Position numbers and translations under genes: made by a program. A stretch of 64,000 nt of DNA from Tolypothrix carrinoi HA7290-LM1 (GTDB lineage: Bacteria; Cyanobacteriota; Cyanobacteriia; Cyanobacteriales; Nostocaceae). The notes beneath the pieces are model-generated. The model made no database searches, was not told the DNA's origin, and saw only the letters and a list, made by a program, of their open reading frames with translations. Positions 12,329-24,048 of this stretch are shown here, one piece after another; within the stretch, counting starts at the first letter, position 1; each line of letters opens with the position of its first letter. The DNA lies in the NCBI GenBank assembly GCA_019358935.1, contig JAHHIK010000017.1, positions 1-64,000 on the forward strand, given 5' to 3'.

Positions 12329-13477
12329 ATGATGAGAAAACTTCGTCGCCTTCCTCTAAAATTAGTTAAGCCAAAAGATGATGAGGAAGACTTTTTTCAC
12401 CGACCGGGTGATATGCCGGGAACTATCATCGTTGATGCCGACGCTCCACCACCGATAATGTTCCTGATTGATTATAACAAGACTAACGTGATTCGCAAGC
12501 AACTGAATACACCAGAGGAGTGTACCCCCTATCTGGATAAAGAATCTGTTTCTTGGGTGGATGTGCAAGGTTTAGGCTGTATGGACACTTTGCAACGTTT
12601 GGGAAAGGTGTTTGATTTGCATCCTTTGGTTTTAGAAGATGTAGTTAATGTCCCAGAGCGTCCCAAAATAGAGGATTATAACGATCAATTAGTGATAATT
12701 TCGCGCATGGTGGTGCCAAAAGAGAGAGTATGTGGCTTTTATAGCGAACAAGTGAGTTTGGTATTGGGGAAATATTACCTGCTGACAGTGCAGGAGGAAC
12801 CAGAGCATGATTGCTTAGAAGGAGTGCGATCGCGTATCGATAAAGGTAAAGGCATTATCCGCTCATCAGGAGCCGATTATTTAGCTTACACTCTGTTAGA
12901 TGCGATAATTGATGGGTTTTTCCCTGTGCTGGAGCTTTACGGCGATCGCATTGAAGAGTTAGAGGAAGAAGTCATAATCAATCCTAGCCCCAAAACTTTA
13001 CAAAAAATCTATCAAATTAGGCGAGAATTACTGCAACTGCGTCGCGCTATCTGGCCCCAGCGGGATGCAATTAATTCTTTAATTCGAGAAGGCAACGATT
13101 TAATCAGTGACGAGGTGCGAATCTACTTACGAGACTGTTATGACCATGCAGTACAAGTGATGGACATGGTGGAAACCTACCGAGAACTTGCATCTGGGTT
13201 GATGGATGTGTATCTTTCGGCAGTCAGTAACAGAATGAATGAAGTCATGAAGTTTTTGACGGTGATGTCGTCGATTTTTATTCCATTAACTTTTGTTGCT
13301 GGAATATACGGCATGAACTTCGATACGGAAAAATCGCCCTGGAATATGCCTGAGTTGGAATGGTATTGGGGTTATCCACTTTGTTTAGCAGCAATGGCAG
13401 CGATCGCAGGTGGGTTGATATTTGTATTCTGGCAGCGCGGCTGGTTTGAGAACTTTTCCAAAATCGACCAAAAGTGA
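12329..13477 (+). CDS. corA: Magnesium/cobalt transporter CorA
   Basis: HPLVLED, RPK, YGMNF, MPELEW; two C-terminal TMs. Confidence 0.95.
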   Translation: MMRKLRRLPLKLVKPKDDEEDFFHRPGDMPGTIIVDADAPPPIMFLIDYNKTNVIRKQLNTPEECTPYLDKESVSWVDVQGLGCMDTLQRLGKVFDLHPLVLEDVVNVPERPKIEDYNDQLVIISRMVVPKERVCGFYSEQVSLVLGKYYLLTVQEEPEHDCLEGVRSRIDKGKGIIRSSGADYLAYTLLDAIIDGFFPVLELYGDRIEELEEEVIINPSPKTLQKIYQIRRELLQLRRAIWPQRDAINSLIREGNDLISDEVRIYLRDCYDHAVQVMDMVETYRELASGLMDVYLSAVSNRMNEVMKFLTVMSSIFIPLTFVAGIYGMNFDTEKSPWNMPELEWYWGYPLCLAAMAAIAGGLIFVFWQRGWFENFSKIDQK

Positions 13478-13541
13478 CAATTTGAGATTGGCAATGAATA
13501 GAATATCCAAACACATTAGCAGGGAGTCTATATTCTAAGTT

Positions 13542-14252
13542 ATGAGAGGAACAGGCGATCAGAATTTATTTGTTTTGACGTTTTATATAATTGGTGTCAC
13601 TTACACTTTCAATCGGATGATTGAATCAATCGACGACCAAATTAAATTTGAATATCAAAAAAAAGACGTCGATCAACAACTTCAAGAACAAAATATCCAA
13701 GACCATGTGGGTATTTCTTTTAAATTTAAACCCTCAAACTCACTTGAAGACGTCAAAGAGTTGTCAATTAGCATTGAGAATAAATCCGATAATCTTGCCG
13801 TATACGTTGACTGGGACAATAGCTCGATAGTAGTCGAACATAACAAGCAATCGCGCAGAGTAATTCGTAAATCACCAGACTTAACCCGCGACTTAGCTGT
13901 ACCGCAAAGTCCGAGCTTAGTTGCTCCCAAGAAAACACTTACAGAAGCGGTGACAGCAGAAGATGTTTTCCAGCGCGATCAAGTAGCCGGAACCTACACA
14001 CCCCAAAAACCGATAGTTAATATTACAGGGCTGGAAAAAAGTCCCGTCAAAGCGCAAAGGATTTTGTACAGCGACTTTATGAAGCAAAGAAAAAACTTGA
14101 ACTTTTCGCTACAACTAGTGCTAAGGATATCTGAGGTGCGTGTCGGTCTAACTCCAGGTGTGAATATCCCTCCTATGTGCATTATAAATTGTCCCTTCGT
14201 AGTTAGAAAACTACCTTGGACATACGCTCTACCTTGGAATAAAAAAAGATAA
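13542..14252 (+). CDS. Conserved hypothetical protein with N-terminal TM
   Basis: 236-aa ORF with a hydrophobic N-terminus. Confidence 0.75.
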   Translation: MRGTGDQNLFVLTFYIIGVTYTFNRMIESIDDQIKFEYQKKDVDQQLQEQNIQDHVGISFKFKPSNSLEDVKELSISIENKSDNLAVYVDWDNSSIVVEHNKQSRRVIRKSPDLTRDLAVPQSPSLVAPKKTLTEAVTAEDVFQRDQVAGTYTPQKPIVNITGLEKSPVKAQRILYSDFMKQRKNLNFSLQLVLRISEVRVGLTPGVNIPPMCIINCPFVVRKLPWTYALPWNKKR

Positions 14253-14302
14253 GTTAATCTCAAACCGGACACACGACCCCATCCAAGATTACACTTGATC
14301 GT

Positions 14303-14736
14303 GGGAGAGAGTAGGCGCAGGCGGTTGCAGATCAGTTTCCTTGAAACTGGTTTGAGGAAAGTCCGGACTCCCGAAAGACCAAACTTGCTGGATAACGTCC
14401 AGTGCGAGCGATCGTGAGGATAGTGCCACAGAAAGATACCGCCAAATAAAGTTAGGAATTAAGAGTTAGGAGTGAGGAGTTTTTAATTCATAACTCATAA
14501 CTCATAACTAATAACTAATTTGGTAAGGGTGCAAAGGTGCGGTAAGAGCGCACCAGCAGCGTTGAGAAGCGCTGGCTCGGTAAACCCCGGTTGGGAGCAA
14601 GGCGAAAGGAACTACGGTTGGTCTTTTACCAGTTCCGTTATAAAAGAGCCGCTAGAGGCGTTTGGTAACAAGCGTCCCAGATAGATAACTGCCCTCGCAA
14701 GAGAACAGAACCCGGCTTACGATCCGACTCTCTCCC
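14303..14736 (+). ncRNA. rnpB: RNase P RNA (type A)
   Basis: GAGGAAAGTCCGG, AGTGCCACAGAAA, AGGGTGCAAAGGTGCGGTAAGAGCGCACC, ACAGAACCCGGCTTA; P1 GGGAGAGAGT/ACTCTCTCCC. Confidence 0.97.
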
Positions 14737-14747
14737 CCATTTTTGTC

Positions 14748-14822
14748 CAATGCCCAATGACCAATGACCAATGACCAATGCCCAATGCCCAATGCCCAAT
14801 GCCCAATGCCCAATGACCAATG
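14748..14822. repeat. STRR array (CCAATGC/CCAATGA)
   Basis: About 10 heptamers running into the rnc start codon. Confidence 0.9.
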
Positions 14823-15539
14823 ACTCTCGCTTATCCACGCCGTCAACGGCAGCTTGAAAGCTTAGTACAAAAATTAGGTCTGTCAACACAAGCACCTATA
14901 AAGTGGCAGCTTCTTGACTTAGCGCTGACTCATCCGACTGTCTCTGAGTCGGCAAATTATGAACAACTGGAGTTTGTCGGCGATGCGGTGGTGCGTCTGG
15001 TGGCGGCTGTTGTGTTGTGGGAAAATTATCCTGATTGCCCAGTGGGAGATTTTGCGGCAATTCGTTCGGTGTTGGTAAGCGATCGCATTCTCGCTCAATT
15101 GGCAAAAGAATACGGTTTGGAGCTATATTTACTCGTCGCTGGCAGTGCTACCGCTGATAAAGTTGGTCAAGAGTCACGACTGGCAGATGCTTTTGAAGCC
15201 GTCCTCGGAGCGCTTTATCTGAGTACTCAAAATCTTGAACTTATTCACCCTTGGCTAGATCCCCACTTCAAACAATTAGCAGCAGAAATTCGCCTCGATC
15301 CCGCCAGACTCAACTATAAAGCTGCTTTACAAGAATGGACTCAAGCCCAATTTAAAGTTTTACCTGAATATCGAGTTGTAGAAATTAATCTACCGCACCA
15401 CAATCAAGAACGTTTCATGGCTGAAGTGTGGCTGCACGGCAAAAAGCTCGGTCAAGGCAAGGGACGCTCCATTAAAGGTGCCGAACAAGCTGCGGCAAAG
15501 GTAGCTTTTTTTGCAATCAACTCTCAGGAGAAACACTGA
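14820..15539 (+). CDS. rnc: Ribonuclease III
   Basis: [18 protein letters not shown]-terminal dsRBD (YKAALQE, AEQAAA). Confidence 0.95.
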   Translation: MTLAYPRRQRQLESLVQKLGLSTQAPIKWQLLDLALTHPTVSESANYEQLEFVGDAVVRLVAAVVLWENYPDCPVGDFAAIRSVLVSDRILAQLAKEYGLELYLLVAGSATADKVGQESRLADAFEAVLGALYLSTQNLELIHPWLDPHFKQLAAEIRLDPARLNYKAALQEWTQAQFKVLPEYRVVEINLPHHNQERFMAEVWLHGKKLGQGKGRSIKGAEQAAAKVAFFAINSQEKH

Positions 15540-15569
15540 AGCTAAAACTCGCTTAATAAGCTGATAATC

Positions 15570-15755
15570 AGTTGGTTGTTAATTGTTGGTTGTTGGTTGT
15601 TAGTTGTTGGTTGTTAGTTGACGGTTATCGACTAACCACTATCGACTAACCACTAACCACTATCGACTAACCACTATCGACTAACCACTATCGACTAACC
15701 ACTATCCACCCTCCCACTAACCACTAACCACTATCCACTATCCACTAACTAATAA
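15570..15755. repeat. Inverted STRR block (GTTGGTT/GTTAGTT ... ACTAACC/ACTATCG)
   Basis: Heptamer arrays. Confidence 0.85.
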
Positions 15756-15765
15756 CTATTAACCA

Positions 15766-16974
<1,209 letters not shown>

Positions 16975-19119
16975 CTAACTTTTGAGAGATGGGGAGTTAG
17001 CGCTGTGCGGTAAGAATTCGGATGTCTGACGACGAGTCGTCCGCAAAGTGTCTGTACCGGAAGTATCTCGGACTTCTCGCCATATTCCTATCTCTTCGGA
17101 AGTTCCCATTGAAGGAAGTCTATGCTCGGATTTTTCTACATCTATTATTCCTTTGGGAGAAGGAAAAATGTTTTCCTGAGAACTAATTTCCTCTATTTCT
17201 TTGATTTGATTTGCGCTTCTGTGTTCTGAAACCTCTTGATGTGCTGAAGTAGATAACAGCGAGATATCAATTAAAGGTAAAGCGATCGCAATCGTGGTGC
17301 CTTGGTTAATACCCGCACTCTCTAGAGTAATCGTACCTCCCATGAGTTCGATTAAGTTTCGTGAAATCGCCAGTCCCAGTCCTGTACCTTCAACTTTACG
17401 CGTGTTTGCATTATCTGCCATCACAAAGGGGCGAAATAGTTTATGCTGTTGGGCAGGATCGATGCCCACACCTGTATCTGTGACGGTGATAATCACCTGA
17501 GATTGACGAAAACTATTTTCGATTTCTGTGGCGATCGCAATGCTTCCGGTTTCGGTAAACTTAGTTGCGTTGCCAATCACATTAATTAAAACTTGTTTCA
17601 GTTTAGCTGCATCTGCCTTAATTGCAATTACTTCCTCTCCTAAATCAATTTTTAATTGCAAGCCTTTTTTTTGCACATTAACTGATTGTAAATTAATCAC
17701 CTCTTGCAATAATTTTCGCAGGTCAATCGGTTCTGTGACAACTGAAAGCTTGCCTTCTTCAATTTTGGAAAGGTCGAGTAAATCATTAATGATTCCTAAC
17801 AAGTGAATTGCGGCTTTATCGGCATGTAAAAGATACTCCATTTCTTCTTCACGGCTATCGCACATGCCATCTTTAACTAGCTGAACACAGTTAATAATGG
17901 TATGAAGTGGATTTCTCAACTCATGGGAAGTTGTCGCTAAAAACTTGCTTTTGAGATGATTCGCAGTTTTCGCTTCTTTCCAAGCTATTTCTAATTCTTC
18001 TGCCCAAGCTTTAAGCCTTTCTACCATTTGGTTTAGTGCTTGCGCTAGTTGATTGAATTCTCTAATTTGAAAGTTGTGCGGAACTGATTCGGCAGAATGA
18101 TGACTGTTAAGATTTAGTGCATAGTCTCGCAATTTTTCTACGGGACGTGCTAAGTAACGACCTAAATACAACGATGCCAACACACTCACGCTAATTAACC
18201 CAAATGTTAAAGCGAGTAAAATTAGTTTGATTTCCCCAAGCCCAAACAAAGCATTATCTAAACTTGTAACGGCTAAGACAATCCATTTTTGCTGCTGTTG
18301 ATTTGTAATTGGATTGGGAATAGCCGTGTAGCCAGCTACTAATTCTGTGCCTTCTTTTTGTTCTCCTTCTTTGAAATATAAAGTTACAGAATCTCGTTTT
18401 CCTTTGATCGCACGTTTCAATATCATTTCTAGCCGAGAAGCATCTGGATGCTGTTTGATATTAGTCCCCACTCTTGCTGGCAGTGGGTGTGCTAAAATTG
18501 TCCCATCTTCAGCAATTACTACTGTAGAGCCTGTTAATGAACCCCGCTTATTTTTTATTTGTTGGTGTAATGCTGTCTTAATTCTTAAGGCGTAATGCAA
18601 GTTACCAAATCTATCGTATACTGGGGCAGATAAAAGTAATTGCAGTTGATTTCTTGAATCTTTTTTACCAGTTTTCCCGTCTAGTGATGGTGAAATTGCC
18701 TCAACTTCAATTTCGTCATTAGGTAAAGGTAATTTTAATTCAGCAATTGGTTCGTCACCACAAGTACTAGCAATTATGTTACTGTTTCGCAGATTTGCTA
18801 ATTGAATACATTCTATGTGAGTTGGCAATTGCTGTGCGATCGCGTTGAGAAATTGTTGCGCTTCCCCAGAAGAACCAGACTTAATAACTGTTGTTTGACT
18901 GGCACTTAACAAGTTAGATTTTAGAGCTGCGATCGCATCAACAATCTTCTCCCCTTTAATCTGAGAACTTTCTGTTAAGTTTTTCCTGGCAGTTTCTAAT
19001 AGGCTAGAACGTGCCTTGTTTAATGCGAGAATTTCTCCTGCTAATAAAACTGGAACGAACAGCAGTAAAATTCTTGACACTAAAATTCGACGGAAAGATG
19101 ATTGACTGGGTTTAGTCAT
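16975..19119 (-). CDS. Membrane sensor histidine kinase (Cache-type, HAMP, HisKA, HATPase)
   Basis: Two TMs, SHELRNPL, GNATKF, DTGVGI, GTGLGL; likely start at MTKPS (19119). Confidence 0.9.
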   Translation of the reverse strand: MTKPSQSSFRRILVSRILLLFVPVLLAGEILALNKARSSLLETARKNLTESSQIKGEKIVDAIAALKSNLLSASQTTVIKSGSSGEAQQFLNAIAQQLPTHIECIQLANLRNSNIIASTCGDEPIAELKLPLPNDEIEVEAISPSLDGKTGKKDSRNQLQLLLSAPVYDRFGNLHYALRIKTALHQQIKNKRGSLTGSTVVIAEDGTILAHPLPARVGTNIKQHPDASRLEMILKRAIKGKRDSVTLYFKEGEQKEGTELVAGYTAIPNPITNQQQQKWIVLAVTSLDNALFGLGEIKLILLALTFGLISVSVLASLYLGRYLARPVEKLRDYALNLNSHHSAESVPHNFQIREFNQLAQALNQMVERLKAWAEELEIAWKEAKTANHLKSKFLATTSHELRNPLHTIINCVQLVKDGMCDSREEEMEYLLHADKAAIHLLGIINDLLDLSKIEEGKLSVVTEPIDLRKLLQEVINLQSVNVQKKGLQLKIDLGEEVIAIKADAAKLKQVLINVIGNATKFTETGSIAIATEIENSFRQSQVIITVTDTGVGIDPAQQHKLFRPFVMADNANTRKVEGTGLGLAISRNLIELMGGTITLESAGINQGTTIAIALPLIDISLLSTSAHQEVSEHRSANQIKEIEEISSQENIFPSPKGIIDVEKSEHRLPSMGTSEEIGIWREVRDTSGTDTLRTTRRQTSEFLPHSANSPSLKS

Positions 19120-19404
19120 CGACAGTCTCACTTCGCATCTGCAAACCAAAACAGTAACGATATGCTCTTAAAACAGCTAGATGAGACATTTTGTCAATTT
19201 ATAACAATTTTATTTCTAGCTATTAAAAGTAACAAATCGGGAAATTCCAAAAAGAAACTTGCTATACAAAAAGTCTTTGAGAGTAACTGTAACAGAATTT
19301 GTTACAGATAGATACACTTGTGAAATAAAGCAAAACAGTTTTTGCTAATATCCGGATTTTTTGATAATTCACACACCAACAAGGAAAATATCAAAATCAA
19401 CTTA

Positions 19405-20097
19405 ATGATGCAACATCGTCCTCATACCACTGTAGTTATGGCAATGAGTGCAGATGGCAAAATAGCAGATGTCAGGCGATCGCCTGCTCGATTTGGCTCT
19501 TTAGCTGATAAAGCACACCTGGAGAAGCAAGTAGCTGCCTCTGATGCCATTTTGTTTGGTGCTGGTACTCTTCGGGCTTACGGTACAACACTCACCGTAT
19601 CGCATCCACAACTGCTGCAACAAAGAACACATTTGGGTAAATCTGCCCAGCCAGTTCATATAGTAGTTACACACTCAGGCAAGCTAAATCCGGAAATTCA
19701 CTTCTTTAAGCAGCCAGTTCAACGCTGGTTGCTCACTACAACAGCAGGAGCGCTCTTTTGGCAAGGCAGGACAGAATTTGAGCAAATTTTAATTTTTGAA
19801 ACACCAACAGAAGAAATTGACATTTTTACTGCCTTACAACATCTGACGAATCTAGGTATAACACGCATAGCCGTACTCGGTGGTGGTAGTTTGACTGCCT
19901 CCATGCTGGAATTGAATTTAATTGATGAATTATGGCTTACTGTCTGTCCGCTGATTTTGGGCGGTGCTAGTGCGCCCACACCAGTGGATGGTATAGGATT
20001 CTTACCACAGTTGGCTCCCAGGTTGCAACTACTAGAAGTTCAGACTTTTGAACAAGAAGTGTTTTTGCACTATCGGCTGCAACCATTAGTAGATTAG
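19405..20097 (+). CDS. RibD C-terminal-domain reductase family protein
   Basis: AMSADGKIA, GAGTL, GGG, IDELWLTVCP. Confidence 0.85.
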   Translation: MMQHRPHTTVVMAMSADGKIADVRRSPARFGSLADKAHLEKQVAASDAILFGAGTLRAYGTTLTVSHPQLLQQRTHLGKSAQPVHIVVTHSGKLNPEIHFFKQPVQRWLLTTTAGALFWQGRTEFEQILIFETPTEEIDIFTALQHLTNLGITRIAVLGGGSLTASMLELNLIDELWLTVCPLILGGASAPTPVDGIGFLPQLAPRLQLLEVQTFEQEVFLHYRLQPLVD

Positions 20098-20118
20098 ATT
20101 ACCTGACCGAACCAATGT

Positions 20119-20267
20119 CCCTCAGGCTGTTCGCCCTTGGCGTTCCCGAAGGGTAGCCTGGGGCTGTATGAACCAAGTCCGCGTAGGCAAACTATGGAAA
20201 ATTAAGGATTTTATAGCCTGCGAAGGCAGGCTTCGTTCGTATAGCCCCAGGCTTCCAGCCTGAGGGC
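20119..20267. repeat. Palindromic REP/MITE-like element with nested small repeat
   Basis: CCCTCAGGCTG...CAGCCTGAGGG termini and GCCTGGGGCT/AGCCCCAGGC inner arms. Confidence 0.7.
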
Positions 20268-20327
20268 ACGAAGAGTAAGTTACCCTAAAAAAAGCTTTTG
20301 CAAAGTTTTGTATCTCCAAAGCCTCCA

Positions 20328-21509
20328 ATGGTCGAACAACTCAAGCCTCGCTATTCTGCTGCCTGGATTAACAAAATTGCTGAAATTCCCCGTCAGGCGT
20401 GGGATGCTTTGGCAATGCCACTCAAAACCCCGTTTTTAGAGTGGGAATGGCTGAATAATCTAGAAACTTCCGGCAGCGCAACTAGAAAAACTGGTTGGTT
20501 GCCAAATCACTTGACAGTGTGGCGAGACAGAACGCTGATTGCTGCTGCCCCACTTTACCTGAAAGGACATAGTTATGGTGAATTTGTCTTCGATCACCAG
20601 TGGGCAGAGTTAGCCGATCGCATTGGTGTGCGCTATTACCCTAAGTTGCTGGGAATGACACCGTTTACCCCGGCTGAAGGCTATCGATTTTTAATTGCAC
20701 CCGGAGAAGATGAAGATGAAATAACATCGCTGATGGTGCATGAAATTGACGCTTTCTGCACTAAAAATAAAATTTCTGGCTGTCATTTTCTCTACGTAGA
20801 TCCCGAATGGCGACTTGTTTTAGAACGCCTTGGTTTTACAACTTGGCTGCACCACAGCTACATCTGGGAAAATCTCGGCTTTAACACTTTTGATGATTAT
20901 TTGGGTGTGTTTAATGCCAATCAACGTCGCAATATCAAACGCGAACGCAAAGCGGTAGAGAAAATCGGTTTACGATTGGAAAAACTGACAGCTGATGAAA
21001 TTCCTCAGTCTTTGTTTCCTTTGATGTACGAATTCTACGCCGATACTTGTGATAAATTTGGCTGGTGGGGTAGTAAGTATTTAACGAAACAATTTTTTGA
21101 GCAGTTACACGCTAATTATCGCCATCGGGTATTGTTTGTGGCTGCATACAGCGAGCAAGATAATCGTCAACCTTTGGGAATGTCTTTTTGTTTATATAAA
21201 GGCGATCGCCTTTATGGTCGTTATTGGGGTAGTTTTCAAGAAATAGACAATTTGCATTTTGATGCTTGCTATTATTCACCAATTGAATGGGCGATCGCTA
21301 ACGGAATTCAAAGTTTTGACCCTGGTGCTGGTGGTCGCCATAAAAAACGTCGCGGGTTTCCGGCTATGCCCAATCACAGTTTGCACCGCTTTTATAATAG
21401 TCGTTTAGAACAGATTTTACGCCCTTATATTCGTGAGGTGAATGAACTAGAACAGCAAGAAATGGATGCGATTAATCAGCAGTTGCCGTTTAGTCAAAAA
21501 GATTCTTAA
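20328..21509 (+). CDS. GNAT/FemAB-like protein (DUF482 type)
   Basis: HSYGEFVFDHQWA, PFTP, GRYWG, LHFDACYY, PGAGG.HK. Confidence 0.85.
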   Translation: MVEQLKPRYSAAWINKIAEIPRQAWDALAMPLKTPFLEWEWLNNLETSGSATRKTGWLPNHLTVWRDRTLIAAAPLYLKGHSYGEFVFDHQWAELADRIGVRYYPKLLGMTPFTPAEGYRFLIAPGEDEDEITSLMVHEIDAFCTKNKISGCHFLYVDPEWRLVLERLGFTTWLHHSYIWENLGFNTFDDYLGVFNANQRRNIKRERKAVEKIGLRLEKLTADEIPQSLFPLMYEFYADTCDKFGWWGSKYLTKQFFEQLHANYRHRVLFVAAYSEQDNRQPLGMSFCLYKGDRLYGRYWGSFQEIDNLHFDACYYSPIEWAIANGIQSFDPGAGGRHKKRRGFPAMPNHSLHRFYNSRLEQILRPYIREVNELEQQEMDAINQQLPFSQKDS

Positions 21510-21642
21510 TTTTAATGAGGTCATGAATGTGGTAGCAGATGCCGAATAATGTCTCATTAGTTCGGCATTCAATGCTGCTAAAAGATTTTAGCTACCGTGA
21601 TTATTGAAATTTTGAGATGAAAATGCTCTCGTTCGCAACAAA

Positions 21643-22128
21643 TCAAAATTCACCGTCTTCAATACCTTCCCGAATCATTTCTTCATGTTGTCGCATTACT
21701 GCTGCCCATTCTGATTGTCCTCTAGATTCGCAGATAGATGCTGCTTTTTGTAAATCCTCAATTCCCTCTTGCGGTTGTCCTTCTAAAGCCAGAGCATTAC
21801 CCCGGTAAAAATAAGCTTCAACATAGTTAGGTTCAAGCTGGATTGCTTGCGTATACTCAATAATCGCCTCTTGATGTTGACCTTTTATATCAAACTCACG
21901 CCCCTTGCCGAAGAATTCTTCAGCACTCACCATAGATATCAACTTTTTTTTCCCAGTGTTGGGACTACACAAATCTTTTAAATCCCTAACCTGTCCTGAT
22001 AGAGCAACTATGTAGCAAGCTGACTGTTGTTGAGCTTTCGCTTTAGAGTCAATAATTGTAGGGCAGGCGATAGCTACAGAACATAAGCCCAATATAAAGT
22101 AAAGGCGCTTTTTTCTTTTTGATTTCAT
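21643..22128 (-). CDS. Secreted TPR protein
   Basis: Signal peptide; AI.EYTQAIQLEPNY.EAY TPR units. Confidence 0.8.
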   Translation of the reverse strand: MKSKRKKRLYFILGLCSVAIACPTIIDSKAKAQQQSACYIVALSGQVRDLKDLCSPNTGKKKLISMVSAEEFFGKGREFDIKGQHQEAIIEYTQAIQLEPNYVEAYFYRGNALALEGQPQEGIEDLQKAASICESRGQSEWAAVMRQHEEMIREGIEDGEF

Positions 22129-22231
22129 TTTATATTGCTCTTGATTTTAATAGTTACATTTCAGGGAAGGAAACAATTACACTGAAGAAGAAGTGTAAAA
22201 ACCTAGATTAAATTTGATTTTTAGAGTGACT

Positions 22232-22615
22232 ATGGATTTGACAGCTGAAAATTTGGCGGCAATTGATGACAAGCTTTCTGGGCGTCATATTGACCTTGAC
22301 CCAGCTGGATATTTTATTATTTATCTAGATCGGGAAGCGGGTTTAATTTCTGCCAAGCATTTCACAAATGTGATTGATGAGCATGGTTTAGCTGTCGATC
22401 CAGAAACGGGAAAAGTGATTCCAGCACGGGGTAAGGTGCAAAGAACTCACACAACAGTATTTACAGCAAGGACAGCTAAGGAACTTTGTGTAAAGATTTT
22501 TGAAGAAACTCAGCCCTGTCCGGTAAGTCTTTTTGACCACGCAGCTTATTTGGGTCGGGAATTTGTCCGCGCTGAGGTTGCTTTGGTGACAGGGCAAGAG
22601 TATGTTCAAGATTAA
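22232..22615 (+). CDS. DUF4346-type protein
   Basis: LDPAGYFII and HAAYLGRE..RAE...YVQD. Confidence 0.8.
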   Translation: MDLTAENLAAIDDKLSGRHIDLDPAGYFIIYLDREAGLISAKHFTNVIDEHGLAVDPETGKVIPARGKVQRTHTTVFTARTAKELCVKIFEETQPCPVSLFDHAAYLGREFVRAEVALVTGQEYVQD

Positions 22616-22795
22616 TGGTTGTTAGTGGATGGTTGATAGTGGATGGTTGACAGTTGATAGTTGATGGTTGATAGTGGATGGTTGATAGTTCTTGGTTAAC
22701 AGTCAACAGTCAAGAGTCAACAGTTATCAACGCTCCCACTAACCACTATCCACGCTCCCACTAACCACTAACCACTAACAAACAACGACTAACAA
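22616..22795. repeat. Inverted STRR block between convergent genes
   Basis: GGTTGAT/AGTGGAT units versus ACTAACC units. Confidence 0.85.
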
Positions 22796-22798
22796 TCT

Positions 22799-23542
22799 TT
22801 ATTGCCCGTCAGAAGATGGTTGAATTACTAGATAGATGTAGTAAGTTGCCATCGGGATGACGGTAGCGGCAATTAAAAGTCCTACTACCCAAGCAGTAGC
22901 GTTACCTTTGATATTTTCGGTTTCTTCTGCTTTTTTAAATGTGCCTTCTACTTGCACTGTTTCGGCGATTTGGGGTGGTCCTGGGTCGGGTTGACCGGAG
23001 AGGACGGCAACAAGGCGATCGCTTGCATCGAGAAATGCTTGATTGTATTTGTTACCGTTTCTTAATGGTTCTGCCAAGGTTTCAGTCGCGATACTATTAG
23101 CGATCGCTTCTGGCATCAAAGACTTGACTTTATCGCCACTAATAATAGCCGTACCGTTAGTAACGGTGTCAATCATCAGTATGCTTTGATTTGCTCTTTG
23201 CTCTTTTGTAGGAAACCATTTTTCAAAAAGGCTTTTGGTAAAGCTTTCCGGTGTTTCTCCGTAGTCTAGACGGCGAATTGTAACTATTCTTACTTCATTA
23301 CCAGTTTGCTTTGCTAAGTCTTCCAAGGCACTGCTAATTTTACCTTCATTAAAGAGGCTAATAACTTCGCCTTTATCCACAACCCAGGTGCTGCCTGGTG
23401 TAAGATTCGGCATATCATATACACCTGTCGCAAAAGCGGGTGTCGCAAGCAACGACGAAGCCAAAATTATCATCACCAGGGGCAGAATAAGCCGTACTAG
23501 GTGTTTTGTCATGCTAAATACTTGATTTCGGAGCTGTTTCAT
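22799..23542 (-). CDS. psb32: Photosystem II repair protein Psb32 (TPM domain)
   Basis: Signal AxA, TIRRLDYGET, GQPDPGPP, C-terminal TM ATVIPMATY. Confidence 0.8.
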   Translation of the reverse strand: MKQLRNQVFSMTKHLVRLILPLVMIILASSLLATPAFATGVYDMPNLTPGSTWVVDKGEVISLFNEGKISSALEDLAKQTGNEVRIVTIRRLDYGETPESFTKSLFEKWFPTKEQRANQSILMIDTVTNGTAIISGDKVKSLMPEAIANSIATETLAEPLRNGNKYNQAFLDASDRLVAVLSGQPDPGPPQIAETVQVEGTFKKAEETENIKGNATAWVVGLLIAATVIPMATYYIYLVIQPSSDGQ

Positions 23543-24048
23543 AAAATGAATCCTTCATACCTTCTGACGACAAAATACTACACAACTACTATAAAAAATC
23601 ACATATTTAAATGCTTTTCTCCACTTTTCCGTTTAAGGATACGGTATAGGCAGTAGAAAAACTTAAAACCCCTCATTCTTTCGTAGTAAGCGTTTTAACG
23701 CTTATAAGTATTTTAATTTTCAGCAGTTAAGTTTGGGGAAAGGTCATCCAGCCAAATCGAACATTCGACCAGGTGGGATATTGTGCTTATGCTGCGTTGA
23801 ATTTAACTTCAAACCCAGGCAAGTTTCTGTTACAGCTTGATTGAAGAAAAACCGTCCCAGCCTTGGGTTTTGGGATTAACCCAAGTGCTTGGGAGCGGAC
23901 TCTGTAAACGATGTGTTAATTATATCCTATGGAGAAATTTCTCAGCAAGTTGCTTGATGGGTTGCAACGTGCTAGCAGGGAAAGACACATGAAAGCACTT
24001 TCGTTGTAAATTTGAGCGCAAGATTCGGAATTTTGAAGCAAAAAATAT

